In this document: positions 38,006 to 48,918 of the stretch, one piece after another
How the letters are laid out: the number at the start of each line of letters is the position of its first letter
How positions within the stretch are numbered: the first letter of the stretch is position 1
Source: Candidatus Magasanikbacteria bacterium CG11_big_fil_rev_8_21_14_0_20_39_34
GTDB lineage: Bacteria; Patescibacteriota; Patescibacteriia; Magasanikbacterales; UBA922
Assembly (NCBI GenBank): GCA_002787355.1
Contig: PCWN01000008.1
Span: 69,873 to 133,872, forward strand
Direction: 5' to 3'
Length of the DNA: 64,000 nt
Position numbers and translations under genes: made by a program
The notes under the pieces: model-generated
The model's database searches: none
What the model was told of the DNA's origin: nothing
The model's input: the letters and a program-made list of their open reading frames with translations, nothing else

Positions 38006-38088
38006 AAAATATTTCTTTACAAGACAATTATACCATATATTCCTCATATTGCCAAAAGGGCTATTTTCCGCTATACTACACACAGACT

Positions 38089-39552
38089 ATGGAGCAAAGA
38101 AAGGTAAACTTTCTTCCAAATGACTCTGAGGGTCAAAGTTGGAAGATACAGAAATCACAGCATAGAAAAAATCGATTTTGGATTATTTCCATAATCGTTG
38201 TTTTTTTGTTGGGAGGATGTCTTACTTACGGCCTCATGCCGGCCTCAAACCCCGGGGATACACCTGAGAGTTATGATCCTATCACTCTAGAACCTGTAGA
38301 ACCTCAAGGGTTCTTCCAAAGACTAAAACATCTGGTATTTAACAAAGAAGCAAAGCTTGCTGGAGAAAAAAAGGACCGCATTAATATTCTGTTGCTTGGT
38401 ATGGGAGGGCTTGGACATGACGGGCCATATCTCACCGATACCCTTATGGTGGCCAGTATCAAACCTTCTACCAACGAAGTTGCTCTTATCTCCATTCCAC
38501 GGGATCTTGCAGTTAATATACCTGGGTATGGTATTCGAAAAATCAATAATGTAAATGCTTTTGGAGAAACAAAAAAGAAAAATTTTGGACCGGCATTTGT
38601 AAGTGATGTTTTCAAAAAGACCTTTGATCTGGATATTCACTATTATCTTCGTGTTGATTTTAAAGCATTCACTCAAATCATAGATGATATTGGAGGTGTA
38701 AAAGTAGATGTAGAAAAATCATTCGTAGATCAACAATACCCGGCACCAAATGATGCCTACCAAGTTATAAAATTTGATAAAGGCATTCAAACTATGGATG
38801 GTGATACCGCCCTCAAATTTGCACGATCTAGACATGGAAATAATGGAGAAGGTTCAGACTTTGCACGAGCAAGAAGACAACAAAAAGTTCTTCTTGCAGT
38901 AAAAGAAAAACTTATTTCCTTCAAAACCCTTATTAATCCAATTCGCATAAATAATATTCTCAATACACTTCAAGAAAATATAAGTACCAACATGTCTTTC
39001 TCTGATATCATTGGCTTCCTCAAAATGTCAAAAGATTTTGATTCTAATAACATCAGTACACTTGTACTTGACAATGGCGTGAATGGATATCTCAAAAATA
39101 CTTTTTCGGAAAATGGAGCCTACCTTCTCGAACCGGTTTCTGGAAACTATGATGATATTAAAGATGCCATGAAAAATATTTTTGATAAGGATTTTCAATC
39201 ACAGATACGAAACTTCTCTATTGGAGAAACCGTTCCAGCACAGGATAAACCGGATGTAGATACGGCAAAAATAGAAATTCAAAATGGGACTTGGCGAGCA
39301 GGACTCGCTGCACGAGTAAAAAAGACACTCAACGATAAAAACATTGATGTAACTATTCTTGGAAATACTCAAGAACGTCCCTATATGCAAAGTGGAATAT
39401 ATGATCTCAGTTCTGGAGAATTTTCCTCGACAGTAGAAGATATAGCCGATACACTCCACATTCCTATCAAAAAAAGTCCTCCTGAAAACGAAACCTATGA
39501 TTCCAAAACCCAAATTTATATTATCCTTGGTGAGGACTTTCAGGAAACCTAA
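38089..39552 (+). CDS. LCP (LytR-CpsA-Psr) family protein with LytR_C domain
   Basis: NILLLG, TDT.M, SIPRD, KIN, AL.FARSRH, SDF.RARRQQ; C-terminal IQNGT..AGLA. Confidence 0.92.
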   Translation: MEQRKVNFLPNDSEGQSWKIQKSQHRKNRFWIISIIVVFLLGGCLTYGLMPASNPGDTPESYDPITLEPVEPQGFFQRLKHLVFNKEAKLAGEKKDRINILLLGMGGLGHDGPYLTDTLMVASIKPSTNEVALISIPRDLAVNIPGYGIRKINNVNAFGETKKKNFGPAFVSDVFKKTFDLDIHYYLRVDFKAFTQIIDDIGGVKVDVEKSFVDQQYPAPNDAYQVIKFDKGIQTMDGDTALKFARSRHGNNGEGSDFARARRQQKVLLAVKEKLISFKTLINPIRINNILNTLQENISTNMSFSDIIGFLKMSKDFDSNNISTLVLDNGVNGYLKNTFSENGAYLLEPVSGNYDDIKDAMKNIFDKDFQSQIRNFSIGETVPAQDKPDVDTAKIEIQNGTWRAGLAARVKKTLNDKNIDVTILGNTQERPYMQSGIYDLSSGEFSSTVEDIADTLHIPIKKSPPENETYDSKTQIYIILGEDFQET

Positions 39553-39589
39553 TTGAATTTACATTTATTATTCGTTTTAAGATCATTTT

Positions 39590-40981
39590 ATGGCAACACC
39601 GGGACATATCGAAAATACAGAACTTCCAGTAATAGCACTTGTTGGTCGTGTCAATGTTGGAAAATCAACACTTTTTAATACGCTTATTGAACAGGCCAAG
39701 GCTATCGTGTCCGCAATTCCAGGAACCACCCGTACCAATAATGAAGGGTACGTCATCTGGCAAGGAAAACATGCAAAGGTCATAGATACCGGTGGGCTTA
39801 CTTTTGATATGAATATTCCTCTTGAAGACGATATCATAAAGCAGAGTGAAGCCGCAGTAAAACTTGCTGATGTTATTTTATTTGTAACGGATTCACAAAC
39901 AGGAATATTGCCACAAGAGTTGGAGCTTGCAAAACGACTCCGAAAAATAAAAGATAAAACAATTTTTGTTTTAGCCAACAAAGCAGACAGTGTAAAAAAA
40001 GAAGCAAACATTTATACGGGAGGTTGGGAAAAGCTTGGCTTGGGTGAGGTCATTCCTGTTTCTGCCGCCAGTGGACGCAATACCGGTGATCTTCTTGATC
40101 TGATATTTGAAACTCTTGAAAAGCAAGGCATAAAAACAAAAGTTCCCCCAATGGAAAAAGAAATTCAAATCGCTCTCATTGGAAAACCAAACGTAGGAAA
40201 ATCATCCCTCTTCAACAAAATAATTGGTGAAGACAAAGTGATTGTAAGTGATATGGCTCATACAACACGCGAACCCTATGACACTCTCATAAAATACCCC
40301 TACACAGATGGTGACTCAACAAAAGAAGTCCTGATCAATTTTGTAGATACAGCAGGTATTCGAAGAAAATCTCGCGTTGGGGGTTCACTTGAAAAAGTTG
40401 GCATCCACAAAAGTATTGATTCCATTGAAAAATCTGACATTATTCTCTTTGTCATTGATGGAACAGAAGTTATCTCCGCACAAGATATGCAACTTGGTGG
40501 ACTCCTTGAACGTAGATCGAAAAGTGCCATAATTCTCGTAAACAAGTGGGATCTTGCAGATGATTCGAGCGATCATGCACGAAATCAAATAACTAAAAAA
40601 GTGTACTCATATTTCCCTCATCTTAATTTTGCTCCTATACTTTTTGTAAGCGGAAAAACGGGTCTAAAAGTACACCAAGTATTCCCCATGATTATGAAGG
40701 TTTGGAAAAGTAGACATACAAAAATAGCAAATCGTGGTTTGGAAAAATTTTTGGAAGGAGTTCTCAAACAACACCAACCAGCGCGTGGAAAAGGAACCCG
40801 CCAACCAAAGGTTTTGGGATTTCACCAAATTGCCACAGCTCCACCAATTTTTGAGCTTTTCATAAAGTACAGAACATCGCTCCATAGATCTTATCTTAAC
40901 TTCTTGGAAAATAGACTTCGTGAACAATTTGATTTTATTGGAACTCCTATTGTGATAAAATTAAAGAAGGTAAAAAGATAA
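39590..40981 (+). CDS. der: Ribosome biogenesis GTPase Der (EngA)
   Basis: Two G domains (GRVNVGKS/DTGG/NKAD; GKPNVGKS/DTAG/NKWD) and KH-like tail. Confidence 0.96.
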   Translation: MATPGHIENTELPVIALVGRVNVGKSTLFNTLIEQAKAIVSAIPGTTRTNNEGYVIWQGKHAKVIDTGGLTFDMNIPLEDDIIKQSEAAVKLADVILFVTDSQTGILPQELELAKRLRKIKDKTIFVLANKADSVKKEANIYTGGWEKLGLGEVIPVSAASGRNTGDLLDLIFETLEKQGIKTKVPPMEKEIQIALIGKPNVGKSSLFNKIIGEDKVIVSDMAHTTREPYDTLIKYPYTDGDSTKEVLINFVDTAGIRRKSRVGGSLEKVGIHKSIDSIEKSDIILFVIDGTEVISAQDMQLGGLLERRSKSAIILVNKWDLADDSSDHARNQITKKVYSYFPHLNFAPILFVSGKTGLKVHQVFPMIMKVWKSRHTKIANRGLEKFLEGVLKQHQPARGKGTRQPKVLGFHQIATAPPIFELFIKYRTSLHRSYLNFLENRLREQFDFIGTPIVIKLKKVKR

Positions 40982-41006
40982 GTTCGCTTTCTTCTTATTG
41001 AAAATT

Positions 41007-41543
41007 ATGAAACTCGTAGTTGGGTTGGGAAACCCAGGAAAAAAATATGAAAAAACACGTCACAACGTGGGTTTTATGATTCTTGATAAACTAAAGGAAA
41101 AACTTCCCGATACAGACAACTGGTCTTTAAGCAAAAAATTTAATGCGAGTATCTGTGGTTATACCAAAAATGGAGAAAAAATTATTCTTGCCAAACCAAT
41201 GACATATATGAATGCATCGGGTCAATCCGTTGCAATTATTGCACATTTTTATAAAATAACAGAACGTGATCTTATTGTTGTTCACGATGAAAAAGATCTT
41301 GAACTTGGACAAATAAAGGTACAAACAAATAGAGGCCACGCTGGACACAATGGGATCAAATCCATAATGGAAAATATAGGAACAAAAGAGTTTACTCGTA
41401 TACGTGTAGGCATTGCCAGCACAAACAAAAAAAAGATGGATGATACCGCTAATTTTGTTCTTGGTAAGTTTGGCATAATGGAAAAAAAGGCACTGCGTAT
41501 TACTATTGATACCGCAGTTGAAGAAATTCTTAGGCTTCTTTGA
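41007..41543 (+). CDS. pth: Peptidyl-tRNA hydrolase
   Basis: GLGNPG..Y..TRHNVGF, KP.TYMN.SG, HD, GHNG.KS, R.RVGI. Confidence 0.97.
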   Translation: MKLVVGLGNPGKKYEKTRHNVGFMILDKLKEKLPDTDNWSLSKKFNASICGYTKNGEKIILAKPMTYMNASGQSVAIIAHFYKITERDLIVVHDEKDLELGQIKVQTNRGHAGHNGIKSIMENIGTKEFTRIRVGIASTNKKKMDDTANFVLGKFGIMEKKALRITIDTAVEEILRLL

Positions 41544-41579
41544 TACAAAATATCTTTTGCAAATATACATAAGGAGGGT

Positions 41580-42668
41580 ATGCAAAAAGAAATTCTTTTT
41601 AACTATTTTTCAAAATATTCTTTCAAACGCTATCTCACACTTCTCAAAGTTTTTCATACTTTGGAAAATGCTTGGAATGCTAATGCCTCGGAACTCCAAC
41701 AAACGGGATGGCAGCCTGAAATTATTCAGGCCTTTTTAGATTTTAAAAAAAGCATTGACGAAGAACACATTCAAAAGACACTTGAAAAAGAAAATATAAA
41801 AGTTATCACAAAAGAAAGTCCACTCTATCCTGAACTTCTTAAATATATTTTTGATCCTCCCCTCTGTCTTTTTTTCCGAGGGAATCTCAAAAATACTGCT
41901 CCATCCCTTGCTGTAGTAGGAACACGAAAGTACACATCCTACGGAAGAAGAGTAACTGAAGATATGGTAAAACAGCTTACTCGATACGGAATAAGCATCA
42001 TAAGTGGGCTTGCTCTTGGAATTGATGGTATTGCACATAAAGCAGCCCTTGAAGAAAATGGATATACCCTTGCTGTCTTGGGAAGTGGTGTAGATGACAA
42101 AAGTATTACCCCAACCATACATATTTCGCTTGCAAGAAGGATACTCGACTCTGACGGATGTATTCTCAGTGAATATCCACCAGGCACTCAAGCTACCCGA
42201 TATTCCTTCCCCATGAGAAATAGACTTATTGCGGGTATGACGCTTGGAACGCTTGTTATAGAAGCACCCGAAAAATCGGGTTCTCTTATCACCGCCCAAT
42301 GTGCTCTGGAAAGCGGTCGTGAAGTCTTTGCTATACCCCAAAATATTTATGCCCCCACGGCAGACGGCCCCAACAAGCTCATACAATTGGGCGCAAACTG
42401 TATTACCAATGCAGAAGATATTCTCAATACTCTCAATATTTCCCTTCCCCAAACAGAAAGGCTTTCTCCTTCTGTAAATATGCCTGAATCTTCTCTTGAG
42501 ACTGAAATTCTTGCTTGTCTTTCTTTACAGCCCCACCATGTAGATGAAATTACAAAAAAAATTTCTCATTCCAACAAAGATATTCTTGCTACCTTGACAA
42601 TTATGGAAATGAAGGGTATGGTGAGGAACCTTGGGGGTATGACCTATAGTATTTTGGGCAAGATTTGA
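41580..42668 (+). CDS. dprA: DNA-processing protein DprA
   Basis: AVVGTR, SGLALGIDG.AH, F..RNRLIAG, EA..KSGSLITA, C-terminal wHTH. Confidence 0.96.
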   Translation: MQKEILFNYFSKYSFKRYLTLLKVFHTLENAWNANASELQQTGWQPEIIQAFLDFKKSIDEEHIQKTLEKENIKVITKESPLYPELLKYIFDPPLCLFFRGNLKNTAPSLAVVGTRKYTSYGRRVTEDMVKQLTRYGISIISGLALGIDGIAHKAALEENGYTLAVLGSGVDDKSITPTIHISLARRILDSDGCILSEYPPGTQATRYSFPMRNRLIAGMTLGTLVIEAPEKSGSLITAQCALESGREVFAIPQNIYAPTADGPNKLIQLGANCITNAEDILNTLNISLPQTERLSPSVNMPESSLETEILACLSLQPHHVDEITKKISHSNKDILATLTIMEMKGMVRNLGGMTYSILGKI

Positions 42669-42737
42669 CAGTATAGCCAAATTTGACTATAGTAAATAGA
42701 AAAAATCCCCTTTATTGAGACAAAAAACCTCTAAACT

Positions 42738-45047
42738 ATGGGAAAAACCCTTGTTATCGTAGAATCCCCCACAAAAGCGAAAACCATCTCGAAATTCCTT
42801 GGTTCTTCCTATTTTGTGGAATCTTCTTTTGGTCATATTCGTGATCTGCCCAAAAGCAAAATGGGAATAGATATTGAAGGAGGAACCTTTGAACCAACCT
42901 ATACCATTCCTCGTGATAAAAGCAAGCAAGTCAAAAAACTCAAAGACCTCGCAGCAAAATGTGATGACATCATATTTGCAACGGATGAGGACCGCGAAGG
43001 AGAAGCCATTTCTTGGCATCTTGCACATGTTCTGGACGTAAAACCAGAAAACTCAAAAAGAATTGTTTTTCACGAAATTACCAAATCTGCAATAGAAGAA
43101 GCGCTCAAACATCCAAGAAATATTGATAAAAAGTTGGTAGACGCACAACAAGCCAGACGGGTACTAGACCGCCTCGTAGGATATGAGCTCTCCCCTTTCC
43201 TTTGGAAAAAGGTCGCTCGTGGCCTTTCCGCCGGCCGTGTACAATCTGTTGCGGTAGCCCTTATTGTGGAAAGAGAAAAAGAAATTCGGGCCTTTAACCC
43301 AGAAGAATATTGGAGCCTTGGTGCAAAGTTTCAAAAACAACAAAGCGAACACATTATAGAGTCCAAACTCTACAGTATTGATGGGAAAAAAGTAGCAAAA
43401 TTAGACCTGAAAAATAAAGAGCAGGTTGATAGTATTCTTGCAGATCTCAATGGTGTTTCCTATTCCATAGAAAAAATTGAAAAGAAACAAACAAAACGAA
43501 ATCCTCCTCCCCCGTTTCAAACATCTACTCTTCAGCAAACAGCAAACAATAAGTTTGGATATTCTTCTAAACAAACCATGCGTATTGCACAACAACTCTA
43601 TGAAGGTATTTCTATTGGTGCTGAGGGTTCTGTGGGTTTAATTACCTACATGAGAACAGATTCTCTTAATCTTTCTGAAAAATTTCTTCAAGAAGCAAAA
43701 ACATTTGTTGGCTCAAAGTACGGAGAAAAATATAGTCTTGAAAAACCAAGATTTTATAAAACAAAATCCAAAAGTGCCCAAGAAGCTCATGAAGCAATTC
43801 GTCCAACGGATCCAGCCAAAACTCCAGAAAGCCTTAAAGATTACCTCGATCCAAGTCAATTAAAAGTATACAGCCTTATCTGGAAACGTGCTCTTGCCAC
43901 ACAGATGGCACAGGCGGTTCTTGACAAGACAAATGTAGATATTAAAGAAAACAAAGAAAAATATCTCTTTCGAGCAAATGGGCAGACCATTCAGTTTGAT
44001 GGATGGCTCAAACTTTATCCAGAAGCAACCAAACAAGAAATGCTTCCGGAACTATCCGAAAAGGAAGCGCTTAATCTCATAGACCTCCAATCTGAACAAC
44101 ACTTCACCCAACCACCAGCTCGATATTCTGATGCTACTCTGGTAAAAGCACTTGAAGAACATGGTATTGGGAGACCGTCTACGTATGCTCCAACCATTGG
44201 AACGATAGAAGCAAGAAGCTATGTAGAAAGAGATGAAAATAAAAGACTCAAACCTCTTGATGTTGCCTTTATTGTCACTGAACTTTTGCAAACACACTTT
44301 AAACTCATTGTAGATTTAGGTTTCACAGCACAAATGGAAGAAAATCTGGATGAAATTGCCGAAGGAAAAAAAGATTGGCAGCCAATTATTTCTACTTTCT
44401 ATCATCCATTTCATGAAAACCTTGAAGAAAAGCTTGAAAATATTTCTCGTGATGATATTTCAAAAACACGAGAGCTTGGGATAGACCCAAAAACACAAAA
44501 ACCCGTTTCTGCACGTATTGGAAGATTTGGTCCCTATGTACAACTTGGAGCAAAAGAAGATGAAGAAAAACCACGCTTTGCCTCCATTCCAAAAGGAAAA
44601 GAGCTCTCTACCATTACTCTTGAAGAGGCGCTTCACTTGCTCTCTCTTCCAAGAACACTGGGGCAAACAAATGAAGGAAAAGATATTATTGCCAATGTAG
44701 GAAGATTTGGTCCATATATCCAGGTAGAAAAAAATTATTACTCCCTCAAAAAGTATGAAAAGGATCCTTTCACCATTACGTTTGAAGAAGCAGAAGAAAT
44801 CATAAAACTTTCAGAAGAAGAACAAAAAAATAAAATCATAAAAACATTTGATGGAACTGATATTCAAATTCTGCGTGGCCCCTATGGACCCTATATTACC
44901 AATGGAGAAAAAAATGCTCGTATTCCCAAGGATCAAAAGGAAAACCCAGAAAAGATAACCCAAGCAGAATGTGAAGCACTCCTTGAAAAGGCAAAACCAA
45001 AAAGAAAACGAAAAGCACCAGCCAAAAAGAAGAAAAACTCCGGATAA
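42738..45047 (+). CDS. topA: DNA topoisomerase I
   Basis: IVESP.KAK, D.DREGE, SAGRVQS, ITYMRTDS, GIGRPSTY; C-terminal RFGPY repeats, no zinc ribbons. Confidence 0.98.
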   Translation: MGKTLVIVESPTKAKTISKFLGSSYFVESSFGHIRDLPKSKMGIDIEGGTFEPTYTIPRDKSKQVKKLKDLAAKCDDIIFATDEDREGEAISWHLAHVLDVKPENSKRIVFHEITKSAIEEALKHPRNIDKKLVDAQQARRVLDRLVGYELSPFLWKKVARGLSAGRVQSVAVALIVEREKEIRAFNPEEYWSLGAKFQKQQSEHIIESKLYSIDGKKVAKLDLKNKEQVDSILADLNGVSYSIEKIEKKQTKRNPPPPFQTSTLQQTANNKFGYSSKQTMRIAQQLYEGISIGAEGSVGLITYMRTDSLNLSEKFLQEAKTFVGSKYGEKYSLEKPRFYKTKSKSAQEAHEAIRPTDPAKTPESLKDYLDPSQLKVYSLIWKRALATQMAQAVLDKTNVDIKENKEKYLFRANGQTIQFDGWLKLYPEATKQEMLPELSEKEALNLIDLQSEQHFTQPPARYSDATLVKALEEHGIGRPSTYAPTIGTIEARSYVERDENKRLKPLDVAFIVTELLQTHFKLIVDLGFTAQMEENLDEIAEGKKDWQPIISTFYHPFHENLEEKLENISRDDISKTRELGIDPKTQKPVSARIGRFGPYVQLGAKEDEEKPRFASIPKGKELSTITLEEALHLLSLPRTLGQTNEGKDIIANVGRFGPYIQVEKNYYSLKKYEKDPFTITFEEAEEIIKLSEEEQKNKIIKTFDGTDIQILRGPYGPYITNGEKNARIPKDQKENPEKITQAECEALLEKAKPKRKRKAPAKKKKNSG

Positions 45048-45151
45048 TCCCGGGGTTTTCTATAGGTATTTTCCTTTGATTTTTTTCAAAAAAATTCCTT
45101 GTCATTGGAAAAGAAAAATGGTATAAATTGAGAAGGAATCATAGCACTTCT

Positions 45152-46618
45152 ATGGAACAAACTATTGAAGGCCTCATAAAAAAAATTGAAAGCTACCGAA
45201 AAGAAGCGGATTTGGACATGATACGCCTGGCTTATGATTTTGCCAAAGCTGCACATGAGGGACAATTTAGGAAATCCGGTGAACCCTATATTATCCATCC
45301 CCTAGCAACAGCACATATCCTTGCAGATATGCGCATAGATCCCATTATTATCACCGCAGCACTCCTCCATGATGTTCCAGAAGATACCGATGTAACTATT
45401 GAGGAGGTTGAGGAAAATTTTGGGAGTGAGATAGCCGGACTTGTTCGTGGAATTACCAAACTCGGAAAGCTAAAATATCGAGGTGTTGAAAGATACTTAG
45501 AGAATCTTCGAAAAATGTTTGTGGCCATGGCAGAAGATGTCCGAGTCATGATTATTAAGTTTGCAGACAGAATACATAATCTTCAAACACTTCACGCACT
45601 CCCGGCAGAAAAAAGGTACCGCATTGCCTTGGAAAGCTTGGAAATTTATGCCCCTATTGCACATCGTCTTGGAATGGGAGAAATGAAAGGAGAACTGGAA
45701 GATCTTTCTTTTCGATATATCTATCCCAAGGAATTCCAACGTATTAAAAAAATGCGTGACGAAAAACTCAAAGAAAAAGAACGATACTTCGAACAAATGT
45801 GTGAAAAGGCAGCAGCAGAATTAAAAAAAGCAAATATTCCGGTTCTCTCCATCCAAGGAAGAAATAAAAGATTATACAGTTTTTACCAGAAACTTTTGCG
45901 AAAAGATAACCAAAGTACCAGCATCTATGATCTTGTAGCAATTAGAATTATTGTTCCAACCCTTGCTGACTGTTATGCAGCCCTTGGTATTCTTCACAAA
46001 GTTTGGAAACCCTTGAAAGGACGTATCAAAGACTATATTTCTCAAGCAAAACCCAATGGCTACCAGTCTCTTCATACCACGGTATTTGGAGATGGTGGAG
46101 AAATCTTGGAATTTCAAATCCGAACACAAGAAATGCACGAAGAGGCAGAATTTGGTGTTGCCGCACACTGGCATTATGATGAGAGAGGAAGACACATGCC
46201 CAAACAAGAAATTAAATGGGCACAAGAGCTTGCAGAGATACAAAAGGATATCCTTACCAAGTTAGCGGATCTAGACGAAATAAAAGTAGATTTTTTACAA
46301 TCAAGAATCTTTGTTTTTACCCCACAAGGAGACGTGATTGACCTGCCGGAAGGATCCTCTCCTGTAGATTTTGCCTATCACATCCACACCGAAATTGGTG
46401 ATAAATGTAGTGGTGCAATGGTGAACGAAAAATACGTTTCTCTCAATACAGAGCTTCAAAATGGTGATGTCGTTGAGATTATCATGGATAAAAATAGAAA
46501 AGCACCCAATCAAGAATGGTTGGACTTTGTGAAAACACACACCGCAAAATCTCATATAAAGGCCGCAAAAAATAAATCTCTCACTGACTGGATAAAATCA
46601 GTATTACCAAAAAAATAA
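45152..46618 (+). CDS. rel: RelA/SpoT family (p)ppGpp synthetase/hydrolase (HD+SYNTH+TGS, no ACT)
   Basis: H.GQ.RKSGEPYI.HP, LLHDV.ED, KFADRIHN, KDYI..K.NGYQSLHT, EFQIRT, TGS DFAY.IHT. Confidence 0.93.
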   Translation: MEQTIEGLIKKIESYRKEADLDMIRLAYDFAKAAHEGQFRKSGEPYIIHPLATAHILADMRIDPIIITAALLHDVPEDTDVTIEEVEENFGSEIAGLVRGITKLGKLKYRGVERYLENLRKMFVAMAEDVRVMIIKFADRIHNLQTLHALPAEKRYRIALESLEIYAPIAHRLGMGEMKGELEDLSFRYIYPKEFQRIKKMRDEKLKEKERYFEQMCEKAAAELKKANIPVLSIQGRNKRLYSFYQKLLRKDNQSTSIYDLVAIRIIVPTLADCYAALGILHKVWKPLKGRIKDYISQAKPNGYQSLHTTVFGDGGEILEFQIRTQEMHEEAEFGVAAHWHYDERGRHMPKQEIKWAQELAEIQKDILTKLADLDEIKVDFLQSRIFVFTPQGDVIDLPEGSSPVDFAYHIHTEIGDKCSGAMVNEKYVSLNTELQNGDVVEIIMDKNRKAPNQEWLDFVKTHTAKSHIKAAKNKSLTDWIKSVLPKK

Positions 46619-46651
46619 AAAGGACATTCAAAATTGAATGTCCTTTTTTTT
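46617..46651. terminator. Bidirectional intrinsic terminator
   Basis: AAAAGGACATTCAA-AA-TTGAATGTCCTTTT between convergent rel and dnaJ. Confidence 0.85.
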
Positions 46652-46661
46652 GTTTGTAAAA

Positions 46662-47768
46662 TTATTTTTCTAATTCATCTTGAAGTTCTTCCAAAAGTTT
46701 TTTCACTTTGCGAGAAACTTTTTTTGGAATATCTACAATGACTTGAACATAATGATCCCCTCGTCCACTTCCTTGCAAATGCGGGACACCAAGTCCTTTA
46801 AGACGCAACTGTTGATGTGATGCAGTTCCGGATGGAATGACCAACTTCTTTTCTCCATCCAAAGTAGGGATATCAATTTTATCTCCCAATACGGCCTGAG
46901 AGTAGCTTATCCTTGCCTTACTGTACACATCATATTCTTTCCGTACAAACTCTTTATGTGGCTTGATATGCACTACAACATACAAATCTCCAGCCTGTCC
47001 ACCCGCACCAGGATACTCACCATGAGAGGAAAGACGAATAGAGGCTCTATCATGAATCCCTGCAGGCACCTTTACCTTCAAAGTGCTGTCACTTCTTTTT
47101 ACCCCGTCCCCACCACAATGTTTACATTTTTTTTCAATAATCTGTCCGCTTCCTGCACAATTTGGACAATCTGAAACTGCTTGCATGGCGCCAAACATAG
47201 TTTGTTGCACTCTTCTCACTTGTCCTTTTCCACCACAACTCTCACAAGTTTTATGTGAGCTTCCCGGTTCTGCGCCAGATCCTGTACATACATCACAAGG
47301 ATTATTTTTTGCCAGTTTAATTTCCTTTTCTGTCCCAAAAGCAGCATCCTCAAAACTCACTTCAATATCTACCTGTATATCTCTTCCACGCCGTTGACCA
47401 CGTTGTCCCCCACGTCCACCACCAAACCCAAACATCTCACCAAAAATATCCCCAAGGTCAATTCCACCAAAATTCATGCCACCAAAGTCTCCTCCTTGTC
47501 CTCGTGAAGCACGCATAAAGTCATCCCAATTTGCTCCACCACCAAAACCACCTTGCTGGTCAAAGTCAGCACCAAACTGATCATATTGCTTTCTTTTTTG
47601 TGCATCACCCAATACCTGGTACGCTTCATTGACTTCCTTAAATTTTTCTTCATCTCCACCCTTTTTATCTGGATGATACTTGTGTGCCATCTTTCGAAAA
47701 GCTTTTTTTATTTCTTCTTCAGACGCCCCTTTCTCAACCCCGAGTGTTTTGTAGTAGTCTTTTGACAT
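46662..47768 (-). CDS. dnaJ: Chaperone DnaJ
   Basis: J domain HPD, G/F region, four CxxCxGxG repeats. Confidence 0.98.
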   Translation of the reverse strand: MSKDYYKTLGVEKGASEEEIKKAFRKMAHKYHPDKKGGDEEKFKEVNEAYQVLGDAQKRKQYDQFGADFDQQGGFGGGANWDDFMRASRGQGGDFGGMNFGGIDLGDIFGEMFGFGGGRGGQRGQRRGRDIQVDIEVSFEDAAFGTEKEIKLAKNNPCDVCTGSGAEPGSSHKTCESCGGKGQVRRVQQTMFGAMQAVSDCPNCAGSGQIIEKKCKHCGGDGVKRSDSTLKVKVPAGIHDRASIRLSSHGEYPGAGGQAGDLYVVVHIKPHKEFVRKEYDVYSKARISYSQAVLGDKIDIPTLDGEKKLVIPSGTASHQQLRLKGLGVPHLQGSGRGDHYVQVIVDIPKKVSRKVKKLLEELQDELEK

Positions 47769-47793
47769 GACAAAATGATTAACAATAAACAAA

Positions 47794-48861
47794 CTAAGTA
47801 CTTCTTCTTTTTTTCTCAAGGACTATCTCACTTGCAACCTCTCTTAGTGCCTGTTTGATTCCTTTCTCTGGAGCACCAAGGTAAATACCAGTCTCTGGAG
47901 TCTCTTCAGAATTTTGATTATTCCCCCAAAAGTCTAACGCTGTTTCTCGAATCTTTAAAATATTTCGGATCTCTTCATCTGCAAAATTGATACCACCACT
48001 TATCTGCGTAGGAAAGGGATTTTCTTCTTTACTTGAGATCTGCAAAATTTGATCAACCAATGCATCAAGAGATTCCTTTCTTTCTTGAGATGATTTTAAT
48101 GCTGCAATTTCTTCCAGTCTCCCAAAGTTTAAAAAGCTACTCAAAGAATACGCTTTCCATACCAACTTTTGGGTATTATCTACTTCTATTGGAACGCAAA
48201 TAGATATCCCCGTAGTTACTTGTACACCACATTCTCTTCGTAGATCCCCGGACCATTTTTCATCTACTGTCTTTGGTTCTTTTCGAAGCATATCCACCAA
48301 ATATTCCAACTCACTCTCAATCATAGTCCTTGGATCAACTTCATGCCAATTTTTATTTTCTTGAGAAAGGCTTTCTTTTGGTTTTGGTACAGCATCGCCT
48401 CTGTATTTTAGGATTCCATTGTCATCTCGAACCGCAAAATACGTAGGAAGAGTGTCTATCCCTATCAATACCTTGTCCATATGCTCTTTTAAGTCCCCAG
48501 ATACACCAATCAAAGATTCCAAAAGCAATGCAACTTTCCCAGTTGCCACTGCCTCTGCCATACGAGTCCTAAATGGATCCTGTACGCTTGCATGAGGATT
48601 CAATTTTTCGTACGATTCTTGAATCAATGCCTCATCCAAATCTTTTGTGCGAACTCCATCAACTTTTGAAAATCCAATCCCCTGCGTTTTACCATCTTCT
48701 CCTTGATACGTTCCAAACACTTTCTTTCGGTAATCTGAAGTTGTAGCAACCACTACAGTGCGCCCGAGAATTTCGTTGTAGACGGACTCAATCTCTGCTG
48801 AGGTAATTGTCTCCCGCTCTCGCAAAAAGTATTTTCTATGTCTTGATGGGTCTGAATCCAT
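47794..48861 (-). CDS. Divergent Maf/HAM1-fold-like protein with insertions
   Basis: Ordered Maf-like motifs [34 protein letters not shown]; start uncertain (ATG 48861 or GTG 48891). Confidence 0.55.
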   Translation of the reverse strand: MDSDPSRHRKYFLRERETITSAEIESVYNEILGRTVVVATTSDYRKKVFGTYQGEDGKTQGIGFSKVDGVRTKDLDEALIQESYEKLNPHASVQDPFRTRMAEAVATGKVALLLESLIGVSGDLKEHMDKVLIGIDTLPTYFAVRDDNGILKYRGDAVPKPKESLSQENKNWHEVDPRTMIESELEYLVDMLRKEPKTVDEKWSGDLRRECGVQVTTGISICVPIEVDNTQKLVWKAYSLSSFLNFGRLEEIAALKSSQERKESLDALVDQILQISSKEENPFPTQISGGINFADEEIRNILKIRETALDFWGNNQNSEETPETGIYLGAPEKGIKQALREVASEIVLEKKRRST

Positions 48862-48918
48862 ATTTTGATGAAGTGCCCCATTTTGGGGCACCTCTCATTA
48901 ATAGTTTTTTAAGAAAGT

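Noticed and set aside
45152-46618. Rel lacking the C-terminal ZFD/ACT domains as a pseudogene
   Set aside because: Clean stop after TGS followed by a terminator, with catalytic motifs intact; more likely a naturally short Rel.
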